Shown: positions 41,183 to 51,709, counted from the stretch's first letter. The stretch is 64,000 nucleotides of DNA from Cyanobacteriota bacterium (GCA_025362325.1 JANYGO010000123.1:10229-74228), one strand, 5' to 3'. The notes: a model not told the origin generated them from the letters alone. A program made the numbers and translations.

Positions 41183-41400
41183 CGCCGGTGTTTGAAGCGG
41201 TTGCTGTATTTGGTTTTCAAGGTTCATTTCCGGTACTCTGCTCTCAAAGTACCATTTCAGCCTTCAGTCTGTCAATACGCAATTTTTCATATAGCCTTCA
41301 AATTCTTATCTGGTATGGGTTTTAGCGATCGCGGGCATCGTTTTTTTGACCTATTGGCATCAAACCCTTGCAGCGTCTGTATTACAGCCTCAAAATTCAA
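41183..41400 (-). promoter_or_regulatory. Probable CRISPR leader
   Basis: AT-rich non-coding stretch next to the intact end of the array, opposite the degenerate end. Confidence 0.6.
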
Positions 41401-41562
41401 CACGCCAATTTTTACACTTACTGACTCCCGCATTTTAAAACAAAAATCTAGTTTGATCGCCCAATCCAACCAAACCCACACCCTCAATCCTACCCTTTCC
41501 TGCAAACAAACGAGGCTATCATAAATAAACTGTCAACCTTTATCATTGTCGCTGCATTTACC

Positions 41563-42873
41563 ATGAACCCTGCCCTCACTCAATTTGGCACCCAAATGTC
41601 CCAACTCACAGGAGTTCGGGCAATTATGAAAGATATTATTGAAACACTCAGAGCCGGCAACGGGCAGGAATTTATCAACTTAAGCGCCGGAAATCCCGTG
41701 ATATTGCCGCAAGTCGAGCAGTTGTGGCGCGATTGCACTGCGGAACTTTTGGCCAGCCCAGAATACGGCGAAGTCGTTTGTCGCTACGGTTCCAGCCAAG
41801 GTTATCAGCCGTTTATCGATGCAGTATTGGCCGATTTTAACCAACGTTACAATCTCAATTTGACCGATCGCAATATCCTAATTACTCCGGGAAGTCAATC
41901 AATCTACTTCTACGCAGCCAACGCTTTCGGCGGCTACACTGCACCACAAACAGACGTGAACGATCCAAAATCTCAAATCCGCAACCTAAAATCGATCGTC
42001 CTTCCGCTGAGCCCTGACTACACCGGTTACGGCGGCGTCAGCTTAATTCCCGAAGCAGTCATCGCCTGCAAACCCACCCTAGATATCGATACAGCCACCC
42101 ACCGATTCAAATATCGCCCGGATTTCAGCCAACTGTCCATCGATGAAACCACCGGTTGCGTCATCTTTTCCCGCCCCTGCAACCCCACGGGAAACGTCCT
42201 TACCGACGACGAAGTTAAGAAAATCGCCGATTTAGCAGCCGCTTTCGACGCGCCCGTGTTAGTCGATTCCGCCTACGGGCCTCCCTTCCCCGCTTTGAAT
42301 TTTACCGAAATGACGCCGATTTTCGGTGGCAATATTGTGCACTGCATGAGTTTGTCGAAAGCCGGATTACCCGGTGAAAGAATCGGAATTGCGATCGGCG
42401 ATGAAGGCATCATTAAAACATTAGAATCTTTTCAGACCAATATGTGCATTCATTCGCCCAGATACGGACAGGCGATCGCAACTAGGGCCATTGCGAGCGG
42501 CGCACTAGCCGACATTTCCCTCAACGTAATTCGCCCGTACTATCAAAGCAAATTTGCGATCGTTGAAGCAACTCTAGAACACGCAATGCCGAAGGATTTA
42601 CCCTGGTTCTTGCATCGAGGCGAAGGAGCAATCTTTGCCTGGTTGTGGCTCAAAGATTTGCCAATGACTGATTGGGAAATGTATCAAGAATTGAAGAAAG
42701 TCGGCGTAATTGTGGTGCCGGGAAGTTCTTTCTTCCCCGGTTTGCGGGAAGATTGGCAGCACAAGCACGAGTGTTTGCGCATCAGTTTGACTGCCACAAA
42801 TGATGAGATTGAAACTGCGATGAAACGCTTGGCTCAACTGGTGAAAAAAGTTTATCGCTCGGCAGTCATTTAG
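41563..42873 (+). CDS. avtA: Valine--pyruvate transaminase
   Basis: GVRAIMKDI, LSAGNP, SRPCNPTGN, DSAYG, SLSKAGLPGERIG, GAIFAWLW. Confidence 0.93.
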   Translation: MNPALTQFGTQMSQLTGVRAIMKDIIETLRAGNGQEFINLSAGNPVILPQVEQLWRDCTAELLASPEYGEVVCRYGSSQGYQPFIDAVLADFNQRYNLNLTDRNILITPGSQSIYFYAANAFGGYTAPQTDVNDPKSQIRNLKSIVLPLSPDYTGYGGVSLIPEAVIACKPTLDIDTATHRFKYRPDFSQLSIDETTGCVIFSRPCNPTGNVLTDDEVKKIADLAAAFDAPVLVDSAYGPPFPALNFTEMTPIFGGNIVHCMSLSKAGLPGERIGIAIGDEGIIKTLESFQTNMCIHSPRYGQAIATRAIASGALADISLNVIRPYYQSKFAIVEATLEHAMPKDLPWFLHRGEGAIFAWLWLKDLPMTDWEMYQELKKVGVIVVPGSSFFPGLREDWQHKHECLRISLTATNDEIETAMKRLAQLVKKVYRSAVI

Positions 42874-42893
42874 TAATACCATTTTCGACGAGG

Positions 42894-43040
42894 TTTGTAG
42901 TGAGGACTTTAGTCCTCGGATGGATGCGGACTAAAGTCCTCACTACAAACCAGTGAGGACTTTAGTCCTCGGATGGATGCGGACTAAAGTCCTCACTACA
43001 AACCTGATGGATGCGGACTAAAGTCCTCACTACAAACCTG
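42894..43040. repeat. Tandem REP-like palindromes
   Basis: Repeated GTGAGGACTTTAGTCCTCGGATGGATGCGGACTAAAGTCCTCACTACAAACC between convergent genes. Confidence 0.85.
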
Positions 43041-43047
43041 TCAACTG

Positions 43048-43512
43048 TTAAAGAACTTTGTGAGTGTGTTCGTGCTGTTTCACATTGTCTTCTGTGCGAA
43101 TCACGCGCTCGGTGTTGAGCACTCTTTTGCGTTCTAATGAATAACTAAAGTCGTTGCGAACTGTTCCTTGGGGAATGTGTACTTGAGCTTCGGGGCGGAT
43201 TTTGTAAGTGCGGGCTGCGGCGATCGCCCGAAAGCCGAATTCTTCGCTAAACTGAGCTTCTGCGGGGAATTCCGGCATCCTCTTGGGTGATTCGCCGTCG
43301 AGCACTGATCCTAAAGTTGTCCCCCAAGCCATTTCATAGGATGTGGGAATTCCTTTGACAATTGCTTCCAAAGCTGCTGAGGGGATAGGTTCAATTACTT
43401 TTACTTGATGGACTTCGCCTTCTTCTTTGATGAAGCAAGTGGCCAAACCCACTGCTATGTAGTCGTCGGTGCCGAGTTCGGGTGCGCTGGGATAAACTGT
43501 TGCAGTTGTCAT
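43048..43512 (-). CDS. Cyanobacterial conserved-hypothetical protein
   Basis: DYIAVGLATCFIKEEG..IEPIPSAALE..GIPTSY..ERKRVLN..DNVKQH; protein-like 154-aa ORF. Confidence 0.8.
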   Translation of the reverse strand: MTTATVYPSAPELGTDDYIAVGLATCFIKEEGEVHQVKVIEPIPSAALEAIVKGIPTSYEMAWGTTLGSVLDGESPKRMPEFPAEAQFSEEFGFRAIAAARTYKIRPEAQVHIPQGTVRNDFSYSLERKRVLNTERVIRTEDNVKQHEHTHKVL

Positions 43513-43706
43513 AAAAATCTTGTGAGTAGGAGTTAAAAATTGGGTGCGAAAAATCCAGCGATTTTTAGATGTATGATTTGAGATTTTTTCTACGGATATT
43601 TCTGGGGGATTTTACCTAAAAAATCTCAAACAGACTGTTCTAATATCTAACATTGTTGGGTTAAGCTCCCAAGAGCCGATCGCGCCAGTTGGTCGATCGT
43701 ACCACA

Positions 43707-44267
43707 TTAAGGTAACTGCCGGATAATTCGGCAAGGATTCCCCGCAGCCACCACGTTGGCGGGAATATCTTTGACAACAACACTGCCTGCGCCGATCGTG
43801 CTATTGTCGCCAATAGTGACTCCAGGGCAAATAATACTGCCGCCGCCAATCCAAACATTATTGCCAATATTAATCTCAGCGGCGAGTTCTCTGCCGGAAA
43901 GTCTAATATCCGGGTCTGTGGGGTGAGAAGCGGTGTAAATTTGGACGTTGGGCCCGCACAGCAAATTTTCCCCGATGTTAACTCGATTGCAGTCGAGAAT
44001 CACGCAACCAAAATTTATGTACAATCCGTTTCCAGCATAAATATTGCTGCCGTAGTCGCAGTAAAAAGGCTGCTCGATTTCAACTTTTGGCCCGACTGCG
44101 CCGAACAATTCCGTGAGAATTGCTAACCGTTTCTCGGGTTCGTCTTCGTGGGTAGAATTGTAGATTCTAGCGAGGCGGCGGGCGCGCTGGCGTTCGGCAA
44201 TTAATTGCTCATCCGCAGCTAAATATAATTCGCCGGCGAGCATTTTTTGTTTTTCGGTTTTTTCCAT
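43707..44267 (-). CDS. Sugar O-acetyltransferase (maltose acetyltransferase family)
   Basis: MEKTEKQKMLAGELY, FYCDYGSNI, hexapeptide repeats, VAAGNPCR. ATG at 44267. Confidence 0.93.
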   Translation of the reverse strand: MEKTEKQKMLAGELYLAADEQLIAERQRARRLARIYNSTHEDEPEKRLAILTELFGAVGPKVEIEQPFYCDYGSNIYAGNGLYINFGCVILDCNRVNIGENLLCGPNVQIYTASHPTDPDIRLSGRELAAEINIGNNVWIGGGSIICPGVTIGDNSTIGAGSVVVKDIPANVVAAGNPCRIIRQLP

Positions 44268-44340
44268 AATAATCGGCCGTAATAATCGGCCGTAATAATC
44301 GGCCGGAATCATCGGCGGAATCATCGGCGGAATAAGATAA

Positions 44341-44512
44341 GACGGCGGTTGAAACCGCGTCTACACAAACAATGTCCGCCGGACGCCGACGGTCGAAAAT
44401 AAGGTAATCTTAACCCAATACGCGATTGATAAGACAGCGGTTTCAACCGCGAGCGTCTTCTTCAACCCTTGGCAATGCGGGTTTTGCTTGTATAGACGCG
44501 GTTTCAACCGCC
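44341..44512. repeat. REP/REPIN-like element of the 9988 family
   Basis: GACGGCGGTTGAAACCGCGTCTAC...TAGACGCGGTTTCAACCGCC; overlaps the 3' end of the MBL gene. Confidence 0.75.
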
Positions 44513-45201
44513 CGGTATTCTTGATTCTGCAAACAAACAGCTAAATCCAGATTGGTTAATTGCTCAAAAGCGCGATTGATCGATCCTCGTCCGCGCAAAA
44601 AGCCAGTATTGGCAGCGGGGCAGATATATTGCAGAGTAGACTGAGAAAATCGATCGATAATTGACTGAACGCTGTTAATTTGCCTGGGCCAGTGAAAAGT
44701 TTTTGCCGTTCTCTGCGGTACTGGAGCGCCTTCGCGGTTGGGGAGCAAGTGTCTGCCACTAAACAGCACTCCACCACTACCACTATCATAAAGGCAAGAG
44801 GAACCCGGAGAGTGGCCGGGAGTCCACAATGCTGTGATGCGATCGCTCACAGCCAATTCTCGCTCAAAAACCGTCACCTGCAATCCCGGGAGCAAATAAG
44901 CTTCCTGTTCTTGAATCAGGATATCGCAGCCCGTGGCTTCCTGAATCTCCCGCGCCTTGGCGATAGCGCCGCGGTGGGTGAGAAACAGCAAGCGCACACC
45001 GCCGCGCGAATCCAAAAAGGTTTGGTTGATCTCATTCCAAGCAGGACAATCCACCAGGATGTTCGATTCGTTTTCTACAATGAAATAAGCTGTCGCACCC
45101 AGGGTATCCCGGTTAGGCGCGAAAGCAAAGGTATTAGCCAGCACGAGTCTGGGCTGTTTGGACACTGAACTCTGTTGTTTCAAGGAACTATTGAGAGGCA
45201 T
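44443..45201 (-). CDS. MBL-fold metallo-hydrolase
   Basis: NILVDCP, LFLTHRG, WTPGHSPGSSCL, LFSGRHL. Alternative GTG start at 45165. Confidence 0.85.
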   Translation of the reverse strand: MPLNSSLKQQSSVSKQPRLVLANTFAFAPNRDTLGATAYFIVENESNILVDCPAWNEINQTFLDSRGGVRLLFLTHRGAIAKAREIQEATGCDILIQEQEAYLLPGLQVTVFERELAVSDRITALWTPGHSPGSSCLYDSGSGGVLFSGRHLLPNREGAPVPQRTAKTFHWPRQINSVQSIIDRFSQSTLQYICPAANTGFLRGRGSINRAFEQLTNLDLAVCLQNQEYRAVETASIQAKPALPRVEEDARG

Positions 45202-45213
45202 GGAATAAATATT

Positions 45214-46686
45214 ATGTTCTTTTTACTATGGTTGTTTGTATTGGGACTGATATCTTACTATTTATTGCAGAGCAGCATCAGCCGCATCACGCGAACTCCG
45301 ATATGGCTGCTGTGGCTGGTAATGATGGCGCCGGCGCTGATTTGGAGCGGTTGGGTTTTAGCTAACGGCGCCAAAAAAACAGCACCGCCGGAGTTGGTAA
45401 TTATACCTTTTTTGGTTTGCCCTGTTTTGTACTGGTTTTTGGTGCAGTTGGGCCGCAAGGAAATAACCCCCGAAACCCAAACGCAGGTAGCAGGCGATGC
45501 GACTGAACCGGCAAAGCCAAAACCGCCCCTGCGCCCGATCGATGCAGCGGAAGAAGCGAGTTTGCGCGATTGTTTTCCTTGGTCAATTTACTTTTTGCGC
45601 GATTTGGAATTTCGGCCGCAGGCTGTAATTTGTCGCGGACAGTTGCGGACGAATCCGGAGGCGGCTTATCAGGCGGTTCGGGAGAATGTGGAGCAGCATT
45701 TTGGCGATCGCTTTTTAGTCATATTTCAAAATAGCTTGAGCGGTCAACCTTTTTTTGCCATAGTTCCCAATCCCAGCCGCCAATTAGGGGAAAGTCCGGT
45801 CAAAACAGCATCTGTAACTCGACCATTTTTTGCCTTAGCTTTGGTGCTGATTACGGTGTTTACCACTACGATTGTCGGCGCGCAAATTGCCGGAGTTACT
45901 GAAAAAGTTTTGCAGTCTAACCCGTCTGTCTTGCTCCAGGGTTTGCCTTATTCGCTGGCTCTCATTGCAATTTTGGGATGTCACGAATCCGGTCACTATT
46001 TAGCTGCCAGATTCTACAAAATTCGCACGACTTTGCCTTATTTTATTCCGGTTCCTTTTTTCTTGGGAACTTTTGGCGCTTTCATTCAAATGCGGAGTCC
46101 AATTCCCAACCGCCGAGCTTTATTTGACATCAGTATTGCCGGCCCGCTTGCGGGTTTAGTGGCGACAGTGCCGTTGTTGATTTGGGGTTTGGCTCGTTCG
46201 ACAATTGTACCGCTGTCTGACAAGTCGGGAATGTTGAATTTTGATTCTTTTAGTCCGAAGTTTTCGCTGCTGATGACTTTGTTGAGCAAGTTAACTTTGG
46301 GCGGCGCTTTCAATGCGGAAACTGCGATTAATTTGCATCCGGTAGCAGTCGCTGGTTATTTGGGTTTGATCGTGACGGCGTTTAATTTGATGCCTGTGGG
46401 TCAATTCGACGGCGGACACATTGTACACGCGATGTTCGGCCAGCGTGCGAGTATGGCGATCGGGCAAGTTGCTAGACTTTGTATGTTGCTGCTTTCTTTT
46501 TTGGAACAGGGTTTGCTACTATGGGCAATTATTTTGTTTTTGACGCCGCTAAACGACGAACCGGCGTTGAATGATGTTAGCGAATTGGATAATCGCCGTG
46601 ATTTTTTGGGGTTGCTGGCGATCGGGCTTTTGTTGATTATTTTGTTGCCGGCTCCCAAGATACTCGTTCAGTGGTTAAATGTTTAG
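45214..46686 (+). CDS. Site-2 protease (peptidase M50)
   Basis: HESGH, ISIAGPLAG, NLMPVGQFDGGH; multi-TM. ATG at 45214. Confidence 0.93.
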   Translation: MFFLLWLFVLGLISYYLLQSSISRITRTPIWLLWLVMMAPALIWSGWVLANGAKKTAPPELVIIPFLVCPVLYWFLVQLGRKEITPETQTQVAGDATEPAKPKPPLRPIDAAEEASLRDCFPWSIYFLRDLEFRPQAVICRGQLRTNPEAAYQAVRENVEQHFGDRFLVIFQNSLSGQPFFAIVPNPSRQLGESPVKTASVTRPFFALALVLITVFTTTIVGAQIAGVTEKVLQSNPSVLLQGLPYSLALIAILGCHESGHYLAARFYKIRTTLPYFIPVPFFLGTFGAFIQMRSPIPNRRALFDISIAGPLAGLVATVPLLIWGLARSTIVPLSDKSGMLNFDSFSPKFSLLMTLLSKLTLGGAFNAETAINLHPVAVAGYLGLIVTAFNLMPVGQFDGGHIVHAMFGQRASMAIGQVARLCMLLLSFLEQGLLLWAIILFLTPLNDEPALNDVSELDNRRDFLGLLAIGLLLIILLPAPKILVQWLNV

Positions 46687-46889
46687 AAGTCATTAGTCAT
46701 TAGTCATTAGTCATCAGTTATCAGTCATCACGAAGAAGGAAGAAGCAAGAAGCAAGAATGAAGAAGTCATTAGTTATCAGTCATAAATTATCAGTCATCA
46801 GGAAGAAGGAAGAGGGAAGAGGGATTTAATTATCGTCGCGAGAGACGGAATAAAAGACGGTTCACAAATTATGCAATGGTTGCTATATT

Positions 46890-46980
46890 AGGACTTACAC
46901 AGGGGGGGGTTATAAACCCGGTTTCTGACTAGATACTTCGCTAGCAAACCAAGATTTATCGCAGAAACCGGGTTTCTTTG
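46890..46980. repeat. Truncated MITE of the AGGACTTACACA / GAAACCGGGTTT family
   Basis: Left TIR and internal palindrome present; no clear right TIR. Confidence 0.6.
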
Positions 46981-47071
46981 GTGTAACTTTTGCATCCAAG
47001 CGAGTTGGGGGTTTTTCAACTTGATTTATATCTCCAAGTGATGTTTGTTTCCACCGACTTATCTGAGAAAT

Positions 47072-47674
47072 ATGTCCTACAAATCCTTCACTTTCCAACA
47101 ATTAAAAGATCTGTTTGGATTGGAGCTATCACTCAGTCCGATTTTATCGAGTGCCAAGGTTATTCCTTTAGAACCCTCCGAATGGCTGTGGAAAACCCTC
47201 GAAATTAGTTCTAACAATGCGGTGACAACTGCAAAAGAACGTTCGCAACGGATTATTTCTCCTATTTTGTTAGAGTGTAGAGAAAAAAATAACCGACAAT
47301 TTTCTATCTTTTCCGGTTGGTCATTTGATGTAGATTTTTCTCGGGGATTGCATGGAGAATGCGACTTTCTGCTGTCTGGCGTGCCCTTGGATTTTGAAAT
47401 TAAAGTTCCGTTTTTTGCAGTCAGAGAAACGAAAGGCGGAGAAATAGAATCTTGTCTGCCGCAGTGTGCCGCACAAATGGTGGCAGCTCAGCTATTTAAT
47501 GAAGGCCAACAAAATTCAATATCTACTGTATTTGGCTGCGTCACTACTGGCGTTGTCTGGCGGTTTCTTAAATTAGAAGGAAATAATTTAATTATTGATG
47601 ATGATGTTTATTATCTCGATAATCTTCCTCTGATTTTAGGGGTTTTGCAAAAAATCGTTAATTTATACCAATAA
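47072..47674 (+). CDS. Restriction-endonuclease-fold (PD-(D/E)XK-like) cyanobacterial hypothetical protein
   Basis: GECDFLLS..RETK..QCAAQMVAAQLFN..GCVTTG..WRFLKL. ATG at 47072. Confidence 0.7.
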   Translation: MSYKSFTFQQLKDLFGLELSLSPILSSAKVIPLEPSEWLWKTLEISSNNAVTTAKERSQRIISPILLECREKNNRQFSIFSGWSFDVDFSRGLHGECDFLLSGVPLDFEIKVPFFAVRETKGGEIESCLPQCAAQMVAAQLFNEGQQNSISTVFGCVTTGVVWRFLKLEGNNLIIDDDVYYLDNLPLILGVLQKIVNLYQ

Positions 47675-47796
47675 TCTAACGACTATAATAAAATAGGTTT
47701 GTAGTGAGGACGACCGTTCTCATGAATTGATGAGGATTCTCCGTCTTTACTGCGAACCTAATTAATTTTTTTGAGCGCAAATCAAATAATATAGCT

Positions 47797-48365
47797 GTGC
47801 TAAGGATCGCACTTACTCCCGAACAAACAGCGCTAATTCCAGTCGATCGCGCTTCTGTGGCGGCAAATTGGACTTTCGATCGCACCAGTTGATCGCCCGC
47901 CAAAAATTCATTTTGACAGCGAAACTTTGCTCCACGCTTTATGTCAGCCAGCAGTCGAATTTGCAGACAAGTTCAGCGTATACTCGGATCGCGGCGTGCT
48001 GCTACCGACAAAAATCGGTGAAGTTGCGCCGCAGTCTGGAGAAGCTTTATGGCTGCGGCGCAGAAAATAATGCCGAAGTGGGGCGAGTTTTGTTTCAGGC
48101 GATCGGCTATCGGAAAAGTTGTCAAGAATTGCCCGCAATAGAATTGGATACTTGGCAAGAATATACTTTGTGGCAAATCAATAATCAGGTTGATGTAGAG
48201 CCAATTTATTTGTTAAAGATGACTTGTCCGAGTACGGGATACATTCACGCTTTGCGAGTGGCGCCACAAGTGCGATCCTCGAAGAGGGCTTCGCTAACGG
48301 CATCAGCAGCGATTAGTTGGGTAAATTGGGGAATCGAACCTGGAGATTTTGCAGTGCAAAGTTGA
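47797..48365 (+). pseudogene. DUF6745-type gene remnant (internally deleted and frameshifted)
   Basis: LTPEQTALIPV N-terminus in one frame; EPIYLLKMTCPSTGYIHALRV..AISWVNWGIEP..FAVQS C-terminus in another. Confidence 0.6.
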
Positions 48366-48627
48366 TGGTATCGGGAGCATTTGTGCGCCAGTTTTGGTAC
48401 TGCATCGTCTTCGCTTGCTTGCCGATATTATCTTTTCTGTGGCGGGAAGTAGCGCTCCCGCGATAAAAATATTTTTACAAAAACCTGCGACTCACATTCG
48501 TATAACTTGCTACTATTAGATCGTTAAAACAACTTTATTCCCAAAGAAATAGTCCTAATTGTATTGACCCCAGCCTGGGCTAGATCGTTATAATATTGGA
48601 CATCCTGTACTCAAATAAAAACTAGCT

Positions 48628-49755
48628 ATGAATATTTTTATACTCTCTTCACGGGCTTTATCTTCCCATGTTTCCTGGGACCCGGTTTTTGAATTAGAAA
48701 ATATTCTGGTACGAACCTGCAACGCACAACTTTTGATACCATCAGCCCGTCACTGGCTGGAGCGATCGGAGAAAATGCCGCCACTTGCTAATCGAATCGT
48801 GCGTAAAGCTATCAAGTCTACTACAGGTTTCTATAAGTTAGATTCATTACCTGAACTGTCGAACCAGCCCAATGTTTTGCTGACTGTTGGCCTCTCAGGC
48901 TCAAATCTGGAGCTGCTATCGAGCATACCTAACTGGCGCCAGCGTTTTGATGTGGTGATCGGTTATGTATTCGATGCCTGGGATACAAACAGTTACTCAA
49001 AAAATGTCTATAATTTAGATCGTTTATTCGTGCCGCTGCCCGAAGTTATAGATGAACTCACCCAACAGTTTAATATACCAGTATCGCTGCTGCCTTTTGG
49101 TGCAGATGTTCTCGCTCAAGGTTCGTGTCAAGTCAAACGTTCCATCGATGTAACCAGCTTCGGGCGGATACCCGCACAGTATCACAATGCTTTCTTCAAT
49201 AAATTCAATCAACCGGGTTCTGACCAAATTTACTATAAATCGACACCCCGCACGGGAGAAGTGTATCCCAAATTGCCTTACGAACAGCGACAAGATGAGG
49301 AGGATACTCTGCTGCTATTTCATATGCTGAGAAATAGCAAGATTACCTTAGCATTTGATACTCTCTATCCTGGTATGCGTAAGTTTCCTTACTCGTTTGT
49401 TACGTTGCGGTGGTTTTACGGGGCTGCGACTGGTGGCGCGATTGTTGGTAAACGTCCCACTACGCCTCTAATGGATGAGTTGTTTGATTGGGAAGATGCA
49501 ACTATAGAATTGCCGGAAAGTCCCCAAAAAAGTGTGGAATTAATTGCAGAACTTTTACAGGATACGAAGCGCCTTCAGTCTATATACAAACGCAACTATG
49601 TCGAGAGTTTAGCTCGTCACGATTGGAGATATCGAATTCAGAGTATGCTGGAAAAAGTTGATGTTCCCCTACCTCACCAGCTACGGGAAGAATTGTTGGA
49701 ACTAAAAATGCTTCATCACAAGTTGGTCGCAAAGGAGCTAGCTGTCAAAAAATAA
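48628..49755 (+). CDS. Glycosyltransferase (GT-B, CgeB-like C-terminus)
   Basis: LLPFGAD, IDVTSFGR, VTLRWFYGAATGGAIVG, HDWRYRI. Confidence 0.75.
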   Translation: MNIFILSSRALSSHVSWDPVFELENILVRTCNAQLLIPSARHWLERSEKMPPLANRIVRKAIKSTTGFYKLDSLPELSNQPNVLLTVGLSGSNLELLSSIPNWRQRFDVVIGYVFDAWDTNSYSKNVYNLDRLFVPLPEVIDELTQQFNIPVSLLPFGADVLAQGSCQVKRSIDVTSFGRIPAQYHNAFFNKFNQPGSDQIYYKSTPRTGEVYPKLPYEQRQDEEDTLLLFHMLRNSKITLAFDTLYPGMRKFPYSFVTLRWFYGAATGGAIVGKRPTTPLMDELFDWEDATIELPESPQKSVELIAELLQDTKRLQSIYKRNYVESLARHDWRYRIQSMLEKVDVPLPHQLREELLELKMLHHKLVAKELAVKK

Positions 49756-49823
49756 AAGCGATAGATGTGAAGAGGATGACGCTGAACTTTGCGGTGAATC
49801 GCTCGCTGATTTTCCGTAATAGT

Positions 49824-50120
49824 TTATTGGCGCCGAATTACTGAACGGAGTAGAGATGACTTAGTTTTTTGTATGAGGAGAAGCAAGTTGATAATTTGAA
49901 AACCCAGCGAGTCTTTGTACGGAATTTTACACTGATTGGTATTAATAAACAAAAAATCACAGGTATCCATGTCAGGCAACAAATATGAAAATGGGAGGCA
50001 GACAAAACCCAATCTTTTTAATCGCTTGACAATTGTGTTAACTTCTTCAGCGCTAATAGAACCGGGAACAAAATCGTGAAACTCGATAGTGATTTGCTTG
50101 GTATTGCAGAATGAATAGAG
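49824..50120 (-). pseudogene. C-terminal fragment of an FkbM-like methyltransferase
   Basis: KQITIEFHDF...RLKRLGF...DFLFIN; no SAM-binding N-terminus, and upstream DNA is a dispersed repeat. Confidence 0.5.
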
Positions 50121-50123
50121 CCG

Positions 50124-50225
50124 ATACCCGTACGGAATCAATGGTTTGATTCGGGTTATGCAACCCAACGACGGAGCTCGGGGGGCAAGCTGTCAACTGT
50201 CCACTGTCGAGCGGTCAACTGCTAT
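50124..50225. repeat. Dispersed repeat, inverted copy of 54420-54495
   Basis: A 41-bp core matches 54453-54493 at 38/41 and shares CAGTTGAC/CGCTCGACAG heptamer-like units. Confidence 0.75.
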
Positions 50226-50527
50226 ATCTCTTCGCTAAATTGACCGACATTTGCCCCTAAATAGATAACTAAAGACTGAGAGTCTATTAATTTGGTATAA
50301 ATAGTATGAGTTTTAAGATTGGTCAATCCTGAATGCTTTTGCCAGAAGTCGATAGATTTTACTAAAAAATTATAAAGTGTCATGGCTGAACCCATAAATC
50401 ATAGTTTATAAATATAAGGTATGGTGTGTGCTGGAGTAAACTCGAAAAATTAATTAATTGTAACAACACCTTGGTAGGATATAGGCAGCTACAGTCCCAC
50501 ATCTTAAATCTAAAACCTCAAATCGAC

Positions 50528-51709
50528 ATGAGCCAGCATCCAGACCGCATTGCGCCTCACGGCGGCATCCTGGTCAACCGCATTGCCACGCTAGACCAAA
50601 GACAAGAATTTTTCGACAAAGCAGAAGTGTTGCCGCGAGTCCAGCTTTCGGATCGATCGATCTCCGACCTGCAAATGATCGCGATCGGCGCCATGAGTCC
50701 CCTCAAAGGGTTCATGAACGAAGCTGATTATCGATCGGTCGTTAAAGAAATGCGCCTTTCCAACGGCCTCCCTTGGTCGGTTCCCATCACCCTCTCCGTC
50801 AGCGAAGCAGTCGCCGACACCCTCGCAGAAGGCAATTTAGTGCGCCTCGACTCGCCGGCGGGCGAATTTGTCGGGCTCTTGGAGCTCGCAGAAAAATACC
50901 GCTACAGCAAAGAAGAAGAAGCCCTCAACGTCTACCGCACCGACGACCTCAAACACCCGGGCGTCCAAGTAGTAGACAAATCCGGGCCAGTGAACCTCGC
51001 AGGCGACGTTTGGCTGCTGGAACGCGAACTAGATGTCCGGTTTCCCCAATACCAAATTGACCCGGCGAAATCGAGACTGCTGTTCAAAGAAAAAGGATGG
51101 AAAACCATAGTCGGTTTCCAAACCCGAAACCCCATTCACCGGGCGCACGAATACATCCAAAAATGCGCCTTAGAAACAGTAGACGGCTTGTTCCTGCACC
51201 CGCTAGTCGGGACGACTAAAGATGACGACATCCCCGCTGACGTGCGGATGCGCTGCTACTCCATTCTTCTAGAAAAATACTATCCAAAAGAGCGCGTAAT
51301 TTTGGCAATTAATCCGGCGGCCATGCGCTACGCCGGGCCCAGAGAAGCAATTTTTCATGCTTTGATTCGCAAAAACTACGGCTGCACTCACTTTATTGTG
51401 GGGCGCGATCACGCTGGAGTTGGCGATTATTACGGCACTTACGATGCCCAATACATTTTTGACGAATTTGAGCCGGGAGAACTGGGAATTGTGCCGATGA
51501 AATTCGAGCACGCTTTCTATTGCACGCTGACGGAACAAATGGCTACAACTAAAACAAGTCCCAGCACTCCCGAACAGCGGGTGCATTTGTCGGGAACCAA
51601 AGTTCGGGAAATGCTGCGCGCTGGAAAGTTGCCGCCGCCGCAGTTTTCCCGGCCGGAAGTCGCCGCCGAATTGGCTAAGGCCATGAATATTTTCAATTAC
51701 GAGATTTAA
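50528..51709 (+). CDS. sat: Sulfate adenylyltransferase
   Basis: [56 protein letters not shown] at 50528. Confidence 0.97.
   Translation: MSQHPDRIAPHGGILVNRIATLDQRQEFFDKAEVLPRVQLSDRSISDLQMIAIGAMSPLKGFMNEADYRSVVKEMRLSNGLPWSVPITLSVSEAVADTLAEGNLVRLDSPAGEFVGLLELAEKYRYSKEEEALNVYRTDDLKHPGVQVVDKSGPVNLAGDVWLLERELDVRFPQYQIDPAKSRLLFKEKGWKTIVGFQTRNPIHRAHEYIQKCALETVDGLFLHPLVGTTKDDDIPADVRMRCYSILLEKYYPKERVILAINPAAMRYAGPREAIFHALIRKNYGCTHFIVGRDHAGVGDYYGTYDAQYIFDEFEPGELGIVPMKFEHAFYCTLTEQMATTKTSPSTPEQRVHLSGTKVREMLRAGKLPPPQFSRPEVAAELAKAMNIFNYEI

Noticed and set aside
40881-41524. ORFs of 72-110 aa across the CRISPR array and leader
   Set aside because: They translate repeat and leader DNA (SIPSRGLWVFP repeated); no coding signal.
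42894-43040. Tandem palindromic repeats as a second CRISPR array
   Set aside because: No unique spacers; the same unit occurs dispersed at ~20150 and ~34205, so it is REP-like.
45165-45214. Apparent overlap of the divergent MBL and M50 genes
   Set aside because: An artefact of the longest-ORF starts; with ATG 45214 and ATG 45201 or GTG 45165 the genes do not overlap.
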